Shown here: positions 25,568 through 38,723 of the stretch, piece after piece | Layout: every line of letters begins with the position of its first letter | Numbering within the stretch: the first letter of the stretch is position 1 | Program-made: the position numbers and the translations under genes | Notes under the pieces: model-generated | Seen by the model: the letters and a program-made list of their open reading frames with translations, nothing else | What the model was told of the DNA's origin: nothing | Databases searched by the model: none | Source of the DNA: Octopus vulgaris | Taxonomy: Eukaryota | Assembly (NCBI GenBank): GCA_951406725.2 | Contig: OX597825.1 | Span: 12,214,001-12,278,000, forward strand | DNA: 64,000 nucleotides | Direction of reading: 5' to 3'

Positions 25568-26949
25568 AACGTTACGCAACTTTTCCTTTATTTGTGTTGA
25601 TTCCAGTTTTTAGCTGGAATAAATAAGCTGGATTTGCTCATTGTATTGCGTTGTTGCAGAGTATTGTAGAAGACTCATGTGTTTAAGGTGATATCATTAC
25701 GTTTCTGTCAAGCACGTTATATATTTCTTGACATAATTAATCACATCCTTCTTGTGACAAGATATCAGATGTTACGTTTCATTATAACTAATTACAGTTG
25801 AGAACATTTATATTTCCGATGTACAGCATATTGAAGAGTAAACTTTGTAATATCATTTTAGAATTATTTAACAACATACTTTACAACTAAGCTACGAAAC
25901 AGAGATAGATAGAGAGTGAGAGATGGTTGAATTTATAATTATCATTCGATCGAATTCAAGAAAATTATAGGAAAAGACAATAAAGAAGATGATAAAAGTG
26001 AAATACATGAAAGATAAAATATATGATAATATGAAATAAAATAAAACAATTTCTATTGGAGATTTTCTATGGTGTAGAAATATATTTGAAGTTGAAGTAT
26101 TTTAAATAGACGCCAAGGAATATCGAAAAAATAAATAAATGAAATAAGGATTGACTCTTGATAAAGAATGATTCAGCTGTAAAGAAATAAATGCCTGTGA
26201 AGCAAATCAATAAATATCTCTTGAAGTTTGGCAAGATCCCCGGACGATACTAGAAAACGAGTGTCGAGTAGAAAATTGCCTGTTTTCTGGTCATTAACGT
26301 CGAAGTGATTCAATTGTTTTGAATAAGTTTAAATCTGAATGCATTCACACATGGAAATGAGACCTTAAAAATTGATTACCTCACATTATTTAAGACGTCT
26401 CGGGACATAATTACTTGTGAGAAGCTTTATATATTTATTTATGTTTTATTACGTTTGTACAATGCCACAGGTTTATATATTTATTCTTCTATTATTTATA
26501 TACATTTACATATACAATACATAAATTATATATGTAAACCTCGGAAATTCACTGCGAGCTTAATAAAAATATGAATATATCTTTATAAATATCTGTAATT
26601 ATAGACGACATCAATACCGCTCCAGTGCGTATGGCATACTCTAAAGAAAACTGATATCTTATGATATTGATATCAAATACAGTGCTTTTATAGGTTTTCT
26701 ACATAATTCTGCTTAAAAATGTTTATTTAGATACAAGCTACACATATAGATAAATACATACATGACCGCGTTTAATGATTTAGTGTGTGTCCGCGTTATA
26801 CATAGTTATACATCCAGGATTTTAGTTGCTGTCAGTTAAGTAAAATGTGAACTCGCCACGCTAAGAATGATCGTCGTTATTGGAAGACATTCAACCCAAC
26901 ATTTCGACTAGTCTATACACACGTCTCTCTTTCTCACTCCTTCTCTCTA

Positions 26950-26986
<37 letters not shown>

Positions 26987-27009
26987 TATCTGTATACATA
27001 TGTACATGT

Positions 27010-27380
27010 ATGGCTTCCGAACCACATGGTTTTGAATTAACTAACACTGCGTGGCATCTTGGGAACCGATTTCTTCAATAGCCTAAAGCTGACCAAATCC
27101 TTGTGAGCGTATTTTTAAACAGAAATTACTAGAAGCCCGGTGTGTACATACGCGCACGTAATATATATATGCAATGTGTGTTCGATCCCCGCCGGTGGTT
27201 TTAACTATCGTGAATTTTCGTCCCTGTAGCTAGCGTTTCGGTTAAAAGAAAAACCAAAGATGATACAATAAATACCAAGTTTTTTTAAAAAAACTGTACT
27301 GAGGTAGAATTGTTCACCTAAGTTTTTACAAGGTGGTGCCCCAGCATGGCCGCAGTCTAATTACTGAAAGAAATAAAAAA
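27010..27380 (+). mobile_element. Decayed SINE B
   Basis: AACCACATGGTT..CTGCGTGGCATCTTGGG head; AAGGTGGTGCCCCAGCATGGCCGCAGTCTAATTACTGAAA tail. Confidence 0.7.
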
Positions 27381-29044
27381 AAGGAAGTTTCTGAGCGTGG
27401 TTACTTTTACATACTTAAATGCTACTTTTTAATCATTATACTCCTACCACGGCCAGCTCTGAAATATTTAAATGAAGTAATATGACTCCGTAATAACTTT
27501 TAAGTGCAAAAGCAGCAATTTTTTATACATTACAATCCACATCAATAAACCAAATAATGCTGCTGTACAAAGACAGCTTCAGTAGGAATTTATAGACATC
27601 ATGCTGACCATTTATAAATGAAGACCAATAAGCACGTCTGTCTTATAAAGCAAAACTTTACAAACTCTTTGAAGTCGTTTTCGTGAAACCTACCGACTTT
27701 TTATTATATGATATAGACATGTAAAACCTTGCTTCAGGAAGTCAACTGAAGTATTTTTTATTGTTTCATGTGATGTAATATATCGAAACAATGTGATTCT
27801 AGGTGATACAATTTACAAGTCATTAATTTTTGGCTGGAAATTTTTTCTAACCAAATGTCTGAAAGAACAGAGAAGCAAATATCATTACGGGAATAAAACC
27901 AATTCTAAATTCTAAAAAATACAAAATTCTTTTTCGACGGTGTCATTTGCTAAAGGATACTGGGGGGTCCTGATCGTAGTGGGCACCCCAGAGGCCGTAA
28001 ATGCAGCGAGCTTAATGTTAATATCGTTTGTCTTTTAAATGTTACAATCATTACACCACGCCCATGCTGGAGCACCACCTCTTAAGAATTTTGGACGAAA
28101 GAGTTGATCCCAGCACTTAATATTTTAAGCCTGTTTTTCATGCTCTCGTTATATTTTCTCGATCCCTTGGTCAAGAGTAAGTATGTGCGTGTGAAAGAAG
28201 GATGGTGGTCTTGACGTGTGTATATATATATATAAACATGCGATATATTTACGTATATATATGTATATATATGTATGTATGTTTTTCTGTCTGTATGTGT
28301 GTGTATGTATGTGTGTTTATGTGTGTGTGTGTATGTGTGTATGCATGTATTTGTCGCAAGAGTGAATTAAGAATAGACGGGATAAAAAGAGAGGCCGTAT
28401 ATCTAGTTTTATACTTTAATATTTTGACATTAAGATTAACGATAAAAAATGTTCAAGCTTATTAATTTGAATAGAGTGTGTAACCTTTGTATTTTCGAAT
28501 TTAGTTTACTAGTCTATTATATGAGGCATATATTCTTGTGTAATTCTGTAGTACACCAATTCGGCACATATTTCTATAGAAACAGGAGTGTGCAAAGAGC
28601 AGAGAGACAAGATACGCAATCCTGCCGTCTCTTTGAATGGTGAAATTTGAATTATTGATTGTAGATATTTTATCAATATTTTTAATTTGGTTCAAGCATT
28701 TTGTTTTCTTTATGTTTCAATTTTTTGTTCAGATTTATCAACAAATACTGAAGGTAATTTTAAATTTGTTAATTAGATTTATTGATTTTGTTATTAGTGT
28801 TATTTGTCTCCGAAAGTCAATGAGTTGGATGAATTCTAATATCGAACGAATCGAATAGTCGTTTGTGTAGAAATTCTGTTGTAGCAAGTATTGGCAATAC
28901 CGTCGAATATTCTTCTCGACTGCTCATCAGAATGGATCACATTTTTGTATTGCAGAAAATTGAATGGAAGTCTCATGGTAATGTTTTCCGAGCTGCATAT
29001 CTTTCAAAACAAGGGCAACCATGGTTATTTTTTTTTTCTTAAAG

Positions 29045-29440
29045 ACTCTTACCGTCTTTACGCTCTGATTCAAATTCCGCTGAGGCCGACTTTGCATTTC
29101 ATCCTTTCGGGGTCGTTAAAAAATTACCAGTTGAGAACTAGAGTTGATACAATGTATTAAACCCTCCACCAAAATTTCAGGTCTTGTGTCTATAATTGGA
29201 AGAATTATTAAAGACCATCAAAGCAGTTTGCTGGCAGAACCGTTAGCACGCCACACAGAATGCATAGCGCTATTTCGTCCATCATTTCGTTTTGAGTACA
29301 GACTTTACTGAGTCTATCTTACCTCTCATCCTTTCTGGGTTGATGAAATAAATACTAGTTGATCACAGGTGTCGAAGTAGTCGACTATTGCCCTGTCCCC
29401 AAATTTCATGTATTTTGCCTGTGTTAGAAAGAATTAGTAG
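29045..29440 (+). mobile_element. Two adjacent decayed SINE A2 copies
   Basis: TTCAAATTCCGCTGAGGCCGACTTTGCATTTCATCCTTTCGGGGTCG, then a second head GCTGGCAGAACCGTTAGCACGCC at 29230. Confidence 0.7.
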
Positions 29441-30750
29441 GGTACTTCGTCCGTAATTAACGCATATTTCCTCCTATAGTGTAGACTTTGGCCAATACTA
29501 TCCAATGTGAATTTTCCCCCTTCTGTAGGCTTTCCGGGTATGGATGCTAGCTGCTTTATTGTTATTCGTAAAGTTTATTCCTCGTTACCTATGTAAATTA
29601 ACACTTTTTATTTGAATTCACTTATTGTTTAAGGCCGTTTATGTCTTGTAAGCAAGATGGAAGCTATACTTCGAAATCAATTTTTGGTGCTTATCTTTCA
29701 TTTCAGCCAGAAATCTTGTAAAACTCTTTAGGAAACATAAGAATATATCCGACCACTTTCATTCAAAATTATATACATAAGAAAAAAATCAATTACTTAT
29801 TTTTAACTTTACTTCGTGGAGTTGCACGGAATATTAAGTTTGAAGATAAACACTGGAATTTTACGATTTTAGTAGAATATCTATTAAATATTCATCTTTT
29901 AAATAGGTTTCCTTTTCTGGGAAAATAATTCTTTATTATATACTACACTGAAAATTCTTATTTAATAAGAACAATATCTTGAGTTATTTTGGTGATTCAT
30001 TTCAGAAAACAAAACACTTTTGGAAGAGAGAAAGTTTTTGAAGCCAACTAGATTCATTTCATTCTTGTAAACAATAGTCTAATATATTTTATGTGTTTTA
30101 TTCAGTAAGAGTTGATTTTATTGTTAGTTATACAACAGCTAAGATAGAATTTATGTTCATTTGCGTCAACTGATGTCTGATTATTTATTCATCACGAAAA
30201 GTTTTTATATATATGGCATAGAACTTTGCCGACGAAATAATTTGTTAGTTTCATTTAAATGAAGTTTCTCATAAATAAATGGAGGTTGTGCAGCTTTAAG
30301 TCCGTTGTTTTTGCGATTGAGAACTGTGAAAGTAGATAGTCGATGAGTGGAGAGATTCAATGGAGAACAGATGTTTGGAAATTCGGTTGGTGCGAATCCA
30401 AATGGGGCAGACATAGTGGAGTTGAGTAGCTTTAGTTATAGCTAATAAAGAATCAATAAGTTCAGTAGATCAATATTCACGTTCATATAGCTGTCTCATT
30501 AAAGCAGCAGACATTTTATGCGACAGAGTATTCCGGATACCTCCGATAATGATATCACGAGTACTGGACTCAAAATGTACGAAATCAGTTCGTATTTACT
30601 CTCTTCCGATACTAATACTACAACGAAACAGTCGTAAAGATTATCGTGATTAATAGTGCAGCAGTTAGATATCGGTCTTATCTATATATGTTCTCAATAC
30701 GCTACTTTTCCCAAACCCACAGGCTATTCATATTCCTAAACTTAACATTT

Positions 30751-31056
30751 GTTGTTGTTTGTTCCTTCTCGAGCCACTCCTGGTTCATAAGGGCCAGTTT
30801 CCCGGTTTCCTTGGTGTATAGATTCCCCACCTGGACAGGACGCCGGTCCCTCGCAGGTGAGCTGCAAGATGCAAGAGGAAAGAGTGAGAGGAAATTGTGG
30901 CGAAAGAATCAGCAGAGGTTCGCCATTACCTTCTGCTGGAGCCACGTGGAGCTTAGGTGTTTCGCTCATAAACACACGCATCGCCCGGTCTGAGATTCGA
31001 ACCCGCGATCCCTCGACCGCGAGTCCGCTGCTCTAACCACTAAGCCATGTGCCTCC
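30751..31056 (-). mobile_element. SINE family D (C-type tRNA head, different 3' tail ending in (ACA)n), 13-bp TSD
   Basis: A-box TGGCTTAGTGG, B-box GGGTTCGAATCTC; TSD AAACTTAACATTT at 30738-30750 and 31057-31069. Confidence 0.9.
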
Positions 31057-31719
31057 AAACTTAACATTTACCTATATGTAAATACCCTTTAATAATCCGA
31101 TCATCTCTTCATCTGATATATCTAATACCTGCTTAACGACACTTGAATTTCCATAATACACGAGATGTACCCCACATATTAGTACAACAAATTCACAAAC
31201 ATCTACAACGTCTCTCTTATGTATTTGAAGCTCTGGCTGCATCTTCGTTGAGTATTCGCGTGCGATCGACGCAAGACACCTACAAGTGTCACTTAGGGAG
31301 TATCGCCCAAGTTATGTTACTGCCAAAGTAACAAAGTCTGCAACATAATCTTAAATCCGGAAGTCGATATTATTTTGGAACAGAGAACAGCGATTCGCAG
31401 AATTAACGTGTCTCAGTGCAAGAATAATGAGAGGGAAAAAAACAGTTGATTTACTGGCTCAGTATGACAGGTGTAGATAAATTCATATAACAGTGAAACA
31501 GAAACATTTTAGTACAAATGGTAGAGGAGAGACAGCACATGCGTAACTTAGAGCTGGTGAGTTAGGTGCTCTTTAGGTGTGGTGGAGAATATGTGTGGAT
31601 ATAAGAAACAACATCACTGCCCCAAATATACTACAATTTTAATTAAACTGTGTAACAAATTTTCTTATTTTGTCTTGGTCAGTGAATGTTACTTCCTATT
31701 TGCTTCTATCTAGAAATCA

Positions 31720-32015
31720 AAGTAAATAACTACTATTCCCTTCAAACTTTGCTGTTCTGACATGGACATCAATGTCTTGAAACGAACTTAATTTCTGATA
31801 CATTTGAGACAGATTCAGCGCTGAGATGCCAAAGCAGAAATATCGTTATAGCAAATATTCTGCTTAATGCCATAGATTTGCTAGTCACTTGTTTGACATT
31901 AACCATTTGAGTATGTCTCCTTAGTGACCGACAGTATGTGCATCTCTCATCATGAGGAAGGGTAGTGAGGGAGCATCATAGCCATGTTTGAGAGGGATTT
32001 TTTGAGGTTTGAATA
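31720..32015. repeat. Unclassified interspersed-repeat relic
   Basis: Resembles a repeat I recall from octopus DNA (GGAGCATCATAGCCATG..GAGAGGGATT..GGTTTGAATAA); single copy in this window. Confidence 0.3.
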
Positions 32016-33664
32016 AATGTAACAAAAGCAAAGTTTGAATGAAAGATTATTATTTTTCATACTTTCTTGTGGTGAGGAAATAGGAAATAACAGTTGCGAC
32101 CCAAGGACAAAGATCGTGTTATACAGTGTTATAGTTCCGACTTGCTTAGCATCAGCGATGCACCAAAGCCGTAGAAGTGTTTTGTCTGATACTGTTTTAG
32201 CGATGCTATACATATAAATTTGACGATGGACAATCAGATATTGTGCAGTGAAAATTTCTTTCCAGTCTAATAATTACTAATTTTATTAGCCCTTATTTAA
32301 ACATTCATTCATAGTTTTGAAGACGTACTAGTTAGCAACTTCATTTCGCAATCAATATTAATAGTACTGAAGAATTAGAAATTGTGAAATGTTTTCTTCT
32401 TGTTTTTATAACAAAGCTACATCATACTATTCCATGAGATTTCATCGCATGATTTCCTAACGGTAAAATCCAGAATTGCATTGTTCAACCATTTCCAACA
32501 TTAGACCGTGATTTATGAATCTTTTTTGTTTGATGGCTATCATTTATAGCTGAATAATCATAGCTGACTTTACTGCGATAAATCAATGCATATTATCAGT
32601 TGAGTGTAAATAAGTCCTTTGAGGACGACCAGCCGAAACCAGAAAGAAATTGTAATGCTTCTATAGGTATTTTGAGTCGATCCTTTGCATCTTTCTGTTC
32701 TACATACTCCTGCTGCAATAACTCTTATTTCTATTAAACAACTTACCCGTTTCAATCATTCCATACTAAGTAGTCTCCAGAGAGTTATTTATTGCACTTA
32801 TTACATACTTATCTTCGGTTATGACACCGTTACTCGTATTAGTCTCTGTCAGTCATAACACTAATAAATTATTGTTCAGAAGTAAAAAAAAAAAACGTTG
32901 ACTTCACAGTCAATCAGCTATTAAAATATTTTCTATTTATTTCCTTTAATAGCACATTGCAAAAAAATACATCGGCAAATAAATATAATTTAGAAACTAG
33001 TGCAGAAATCGTGTAAAAACCAATTTATGAGAGAAATAAATGAGAAAAACTTGACGGCCATCACTTTTTCACGCACTGATCGGATTACAGGAACGGAAAA
33101 AATCTTGATACAATCAAGTGAGAGAGACTTTTTCGCAACCAATCAATCATCGAACGATAATAACTGTGAGTAATTACAAAAGTAAGTTTTTAGGTCTTAT
33201 GGACATTGCACTAAACCCAAGCGCTACGATTTTGTCTTAATAATTTTGTTTCTGATTTCACTTTGGGTATTTTGCTTGAGTTTTTTTGTATAATTCTGTT
33301 TTTAGTCTTATAGAAAGGATATCTATGATTTAGTGTCTGTTGACTAAAAGCTTTCAGAAAAGTTAAGAAGGGAAGATGAGGGGAGAACAGAAGAAAGGAT
33401 GAAAACAATATAAAAAAAAAATATTAAAAAAATAAATTGAGGTGGGGGTTGTGATGAGAAACGTAAGCTAAGCAGACATGTTTTAATTGGTTAATTAAAG
33501 AGATGCTTTCAAAAGAATGAATCGAAAAGCCATCAACGTAATTAGATTACGCTCAACCTAATTTTAAATTTCATGTGCTTTACACAAACCGTAAAAATGT
33601 ATATGTAAAGTAAATATATATATGCGCAGTAGTTATACATGTGTAGCGCATACAAATATATATA

Positions 33665-33695
<31 letters not shown>

Positions 33696-33836
33696 TGTGC
33701 GTGTACGTCTGTATTGATACATGCGATGATGCATGTGTGGCTATATTATTTGCATCATAGTATATGGATATATATGTGAATCTGAATTTTGCCTTCACTC
33801 AGACCCACATACACACAAACACTTCACACACACACA

Positions 33837-33885
<49 letters not shown>

Positions 33886-34299
33886 ATGAATAAGTGTGTG
33901 TAGGTATATATGTATATGTATATGTATATATATATATATACATACATACATATATATATATATATAGAGATATGAGAGAGAGAGAGAGAGACATAGAGAG
34001 AGAGAGAGAGACATAGAGAGAGAGAGAGGTATATAGCTCCAGGTTTTCTAGTTCTCTTCATTTTTATTTTCCCATCATTCATTCTTAGTGTTACACATAA
34101 CACGCATTCATTAGCTTATTACTTACTCCTCGTATATTTAGCAATCAATCTTCAGTTTTTGCTGTATGGATGCGTATATATATATATCAGTACATGTATA
34201 CAAGTGAATGTATATGCGTAAGTTTCTGTTGAGGTAGGTAATCACGCATGAGCGTACCTGTTTGCATTATACTGGTATATCTCGTATATATATAAAATC

Positions 34300-34650
34300 T
34301 TTTCTACTGTAGGCACGAGGCTCTGAATTTTGGGGGAGGGGTTCACTGTATTAGATGGACCTCAGTACGCAACTGGTACTTAATTTATCGAACCCGAAAT
34401 GATGAAAGGCAAAGTAGACCTCAAAGTAGACTGGGGTCTATTTGCTCGACAAAACCCTGACAGAAACAAGTAGAAAACGTAAGATGAAACATAGCAGTTT
34501 GTTTTCCAACACCTCTTCACAACCGGCGTTGGCGGGTTTGCGTTCCTGTAAATTAGTGGTTCGGCAAACGAGAACGATAGAATAAGTACTAGGCTTTAAA
34601 AATAATATATACTGGGGTCGATTATTTCCGCTAAAATTCTTCAAGGCGGT
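34300..34650. mobile_element. SINE A2 fragment (minus) abutting a SINE B 3' fragment (plus)
   Basis: ACTGGTACTTAATTTATCGAACCCGAAATGATGAAAGGCAAAG, then GGTTCGGCAAACGAGAACGATAGAATAAGTACTAGGCTT. Confidence 0.65.
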
Positions 34651-35253
34651 GCAATTTACCTTATACGGAAACAACTATAGGTTAAAAAGTAAACCGTAAA
34701 AGACATGTAAGCTAGTGATTGTTGAATGAATCCAAGGATGTCTTTATGTCTGTAGATTAGAATGCGTCACGTTAGCAGCAACGCTTTGCCAGAGGTGAAT
34801 CCTGCTCCAACGTGAACGGTAACTGAACTGAACTGCCGATTGTGGCTGAAGTATTTGCTTCTTAACTCATTTGGCGCCCAGTAACTATTTTAGTTCAGGA
34901 AATATTGGTACACGATGATTATCAAGTATTTATCTTGTGTACGGTGAGTATACACAGCTCAAAGAAGATGATAGGAAAAAATAGAAAAGCGGAATCAATA
35001 AATCAATGAAAGTAAATTAATTACAATTTAAGATATGATATCAAAAGCGATGGGAATAGAGCAAAGCAAAGGGAAATAAAATAAAAGAAGGATAAATAAT
35101 TGATTCTGTATATATCTACAATTGGTAATTCCAAACAATCTTTGCCATGAAGTAGAAATCGTTATTATGTCTTATGTGTGAATAAATCTCTAGCAATCAT
35201 TCTCTGCTAATGTCACAAAGTATGTAGCCACATACAGGCATATATACATAACG

Positions 35254-35332
<79 letters not shown>

Positions 35333-35476
35333 TGTGTATGTGGTGTGTCTGTGTTTATGTGTGTAAGCATGTATTTATATATATAGAGACACATACATAT
35401 AATGCATATAAAGAAATATGTATATATATGTTTATATTAACTATGCATACATACATATATATGTGTATATATATAC

Positions 35477-35522
<46 letters not shown>

Positions 35523-36249
35523 TTTTAAAAAAAAACGTAAATTAATCTAATTAGAACAACCAGTGAAGTCATTCATTTTGATTTTTCAAATATACATGTA
35601 TATTCGTTTGCGATTACATGAAACACACGAATCTATTTGACGTTGTATGTGTAAGGTTCAGTGAAACGATAAGAAACAAATCAGAGACAGAGAAAATGGA
35701 GGGGAAAAAACTCAGCAGACAAAAAGTAAAAAAAAAAACTCGTAAGTGTAAAGCCTCAGAATCGCTGTCTAGCGTGGGAAAGAATAATAAGAATAAGACT
35801 TGCGTAGACTAGTGGTACTTCTTGAATGAAATGTAGAGGAGAAAGTGGAAAGAATTTCTTGTAAGTATATAAATGATTAATTTAATAGGGCTTCTCGAGC
35901 AAGGAGTAATTGAGACTCGAGGGTCTGCGTACGAATTGGATTTGACAACGTTGAGAATTTTCAAGGAAAGCAAAGAACGAGCTGTTTATAACAATATGCG
36001 CACCTGCTATTGAGGTGTTCGTTGTTTGAGTATATCGCTATATGTGTGTGTGCGTGTGTGCGTGTGTGTGTGTGTGTGTGTGAATATCTGCATAATATGT
36101 GAGAGTGTTGATGGAAATGCTTGTATACATATGTGTTGTACCGTTCGTATTTATATAATGCAGTATGTGAGAAGGTTATATATGTATGTTGAAGATCGCA
36201 TGAGTGCATGTGTAGCGCGCGGATGTATAAACACACACACACATACATT

Positions 36250-36382
36250 TATGGCTGTGTGGTGAGAATCTTGCTTCACAGACATAGAATTTCCGGATTC
36301 AGTCCCGCTACGTAGCACCTTGGGCATGTGTTTTCTAGTATATACTAGGACCCACTAATGTCTTTTGAATGAATCTGGTATG
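36250..36382 (+). mobile_element. SINE B 5' fragment
   Basis: TGGCTGTGTGGTGAG..CACCTTGGGCATGTG. Confidence 0.6.
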
Positions 36383-36757
36383 TGTAGCGCGTGCATGTGT
36401 ATCTGCATACGCATTTGTATGCTTGTGTTTGCATACGTGTAGCATGTGAATGTGCAGCTACATGCACATTTGTGTGCTCTTATGCGCCGCTAAAAAGGGT
36501 GTATAGTTTCCATGGGTTCCTGTATGTGCAAACGGTGTGTGTTTGTGGCGTGTGTTTGAATGTTGTATGCACATGAATGCGTGTATACGTGGTTGGACAG
36601 TGTCTTGCTTTGCCTTCAGTGGTGCACTGATGAATAATTAATATCGGGTATGTGAAAGTAAACAGAAAAACTTATTATTGCCAATCTCTATGCCAGATGC
36701 AAATGGAACATCTTGGCCCGTGTTTTATATTCAAATCGTGTATGTATATGTAGATAC

Positions 36758-37157
36758 GTATTTCTTTACTACCCACAAGGGGCTAAACACTGAAAGGACA
36801 AACAAGGACAGGCACACGGATTAAGTCGATTATATATCGACCCCAGTGCGTAACTGGTACTTATTTAATCGACCCCGAAAGGATGGAAGGCAAAGTCGAC
36901 CTCGGAGGATTTTGAACTCAGAACGTAACGGCAGACAAACTACCTATTTCTTTACTACCCACAAGGGCTAAACACAGAGAGGACAAACAAGGACAGACAC
37001 ACAGATTAAGTCGATTATATCGACCCCAGTGCGTAACTGGTACTTATTTAATCGACCCCGAAATGATGAAAGGCAAAGTCGACCTCGGCGGATTTTGAAC
37101 TCAGAACGTAACGGCAGACGAAATGCCGCTAAGCAGTTTCCTGACGTGCTAACGTGT
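36758..37157 (-). mobile_element. SINE A tandem dimer
   Basis: Two body units joined at 36931-36950 (minus: GAAATAGGTAGTTTGTCTGCCGTTACG). Confidence 0.9.
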
Positions 37158-37259
37158 TTGATGTGTGTTACTCTGTAGGGAAATATATAGAAATGCGGTT
37201 CGTGAAAGGAAATATAATGGTCTGTATTATATGTTAACCTTTATAGAAGCAAAGTGTTC

Positions 37260-37328
37260 GTGGTGGTGGTGGTGGTGGTGGTGGTGGTGGTGGTGGTGGT
37301 GGTGTGTGTGTGTGTGTGTGTGTGTGTG
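37260..37328. repeat. (TGG)n(TG)n microsatellite
   Basis: Directly visible. Confidence 0.95.
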
Positions 37329-37884
37329 CATGATGGTTCTGTGAACGGACGAATAGATATATTTGTGCATTAACGTAACTACAAGAAAGCTAATATGCAA
37401 TGTAACCAATGTACTTTTCTTGTTCTAAGGCAGAATACCTGCTGCAGATGACGTTATAATCATGATGAACAAGTGGCGTTTTGTACATAATATTTGACAG
37501 GTAGAATGGCAGAGCTGTTTGATCACTTCATTCCAAGTAGGAGTCGACACTTCAAACTCTTCATATTCAAGTTAAGATTCTTCTGAATTGGTTTGCGTCC
37601 TCAGTTAATACACACTTACTGCGCGCTATTCCATGCAAATCAGCTGTTTACTAAGAGGATATAGCTAGGTCATAGAGGCACACATCATCCTTACAAGCGT
37701 GGTCATACGTTCCTGAGTTTACGAGGGCAAAGTTGTTCTTATTACATGGATTAAATTAGATAAAAAAAGAAATTCTGCTAGATGCATTGATTACATCTTA
37801 CACACTCCGTAACTTCGAACAGAAACTGTGCGGAACACTTTCATGCAAACACACACAGACACACACACATATATATATATATAT

Positions 37885-38012
37885 AAAATTTAAAGGACTG
37901 ACCACTACAAGTGGACAGTCAATATGCTAGATATAGACGTCAAAGTCGCGATTTTGATGTCTATATCTAGCATATTGACTGTCCACTTTTAGTGGTCAGT
38001 CCTTTAAATTTT
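37885..38012. repeat. 128-bp loopless palindrome (61/64 arm identity)
   Basis: Centre TCG|CGA at 37948/37949; begins directly after a (TA)n tract. Confidence 0.9.
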
Positions 38013-38104
38013 GTATGTAAAAAATATTTTGATCTTTGATTTTTTTTAATATGCTAGGCCACTGGTTTTAATTGATTAATATCAATTTCTACCCTTATAC
38101 AATT

Positions 38105-38155
<51 letters not shown>

Positions 38156-38204
38156 CACATGCATACATACATATATACATACGTACATACATACGCAAAT
38201 AAGC

Positions 38205-38420
38205 ACATGACTGTGAAACCAGGTGACAAGGAATTGAACTGGAATACCAAAAGTAGAATAATGCGTTTTACAATTCAAGCTGCAGAAACAGTGCAAACAT
38301 ATCACCAAAATCTGTTACTCAGAGTTTCACGTTCCTGTTCTGGCGTCCGATAAACGGGAACGTGAAACTCTAAGCATCAGATTTTGTCATATTTTTGTGA
38401 TGTTTTTACAGCTTTAATAA
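38205..38420. mobile_element. Fold-back PLE terminal unit with HHR remnants on both arms
   Basis: Minus 38312-38340 GAacaggaacgtGAAActctgagTAacag; plus 38345-38380 gtCCGATAAacgggaacgtGAAActctaagc; related to 49538-49781. Confidence 0.65.
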
Positions 38421-38440
38421 TACAGTATATAGTTTTATAC

Positions 38441-38487
<47 letters not shown>

Positions 38488-38490
<3 letters not shown>

Positions 38491-38675
38491 ACAGTTTACG
38501 AAAAAAACAAAAGACGAAGACAGGTGGTGTAGAAAACAAACAGATGTATTAGTATAACGCTCAGGAATAGAAGTCTTTTACATTTCGAGCCTGCGCTCTT
38601 CTACAGAAAGGGGTCAGAAAAAACAAGGGGAGAAACAAGGAGAGAAAAATGTGTGTATTGGCTAACGATCTATCA
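38488..38675 (-). mobile_element. PLE-terminal-type repeat between TA tracts
   Basis: Homologous to 10748-10923; carries the HHR-like motif at 38575-38610. Confidence 0.6.
38575..38610 (-). ncRNA. Hammerhead-like motif (A6U variant)
   Basis: Minus strand: cttt-CTGTAGA-a gagc gcag gctc-GAAA-tg-TA-aaag; stem I cttt/aaag, stem II gagc/gctc. Confidence 0.5.
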
Positions 38676-38689
38676 TACGCACACAAACA

Positions 38690-38723
<34 letters not shown>

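Noticed and set aside
30205-30620. Protein-looking short frames (MSAPFGFAPTEF..., HFESSTRDIIIGG...)
   Set aside because: No recognisable domain and no consistent splice-site/frame combination
32590-32850. Minus-strand frame ELLQQEYVEQKDAKDRLKIP... and a nearby GTAAGT donor
   Set aside because: In-frame stops lie immediately upstream and there is no good acceptor; cannot support an exon
36625-36665. CTGATGA...GAAAGTA motif (also isolated CTGANGA near 4486, 22142, 28923 minus and 62755)
   Set aside because: Stems I and II do not form convincingly; such short matches are expected by chance
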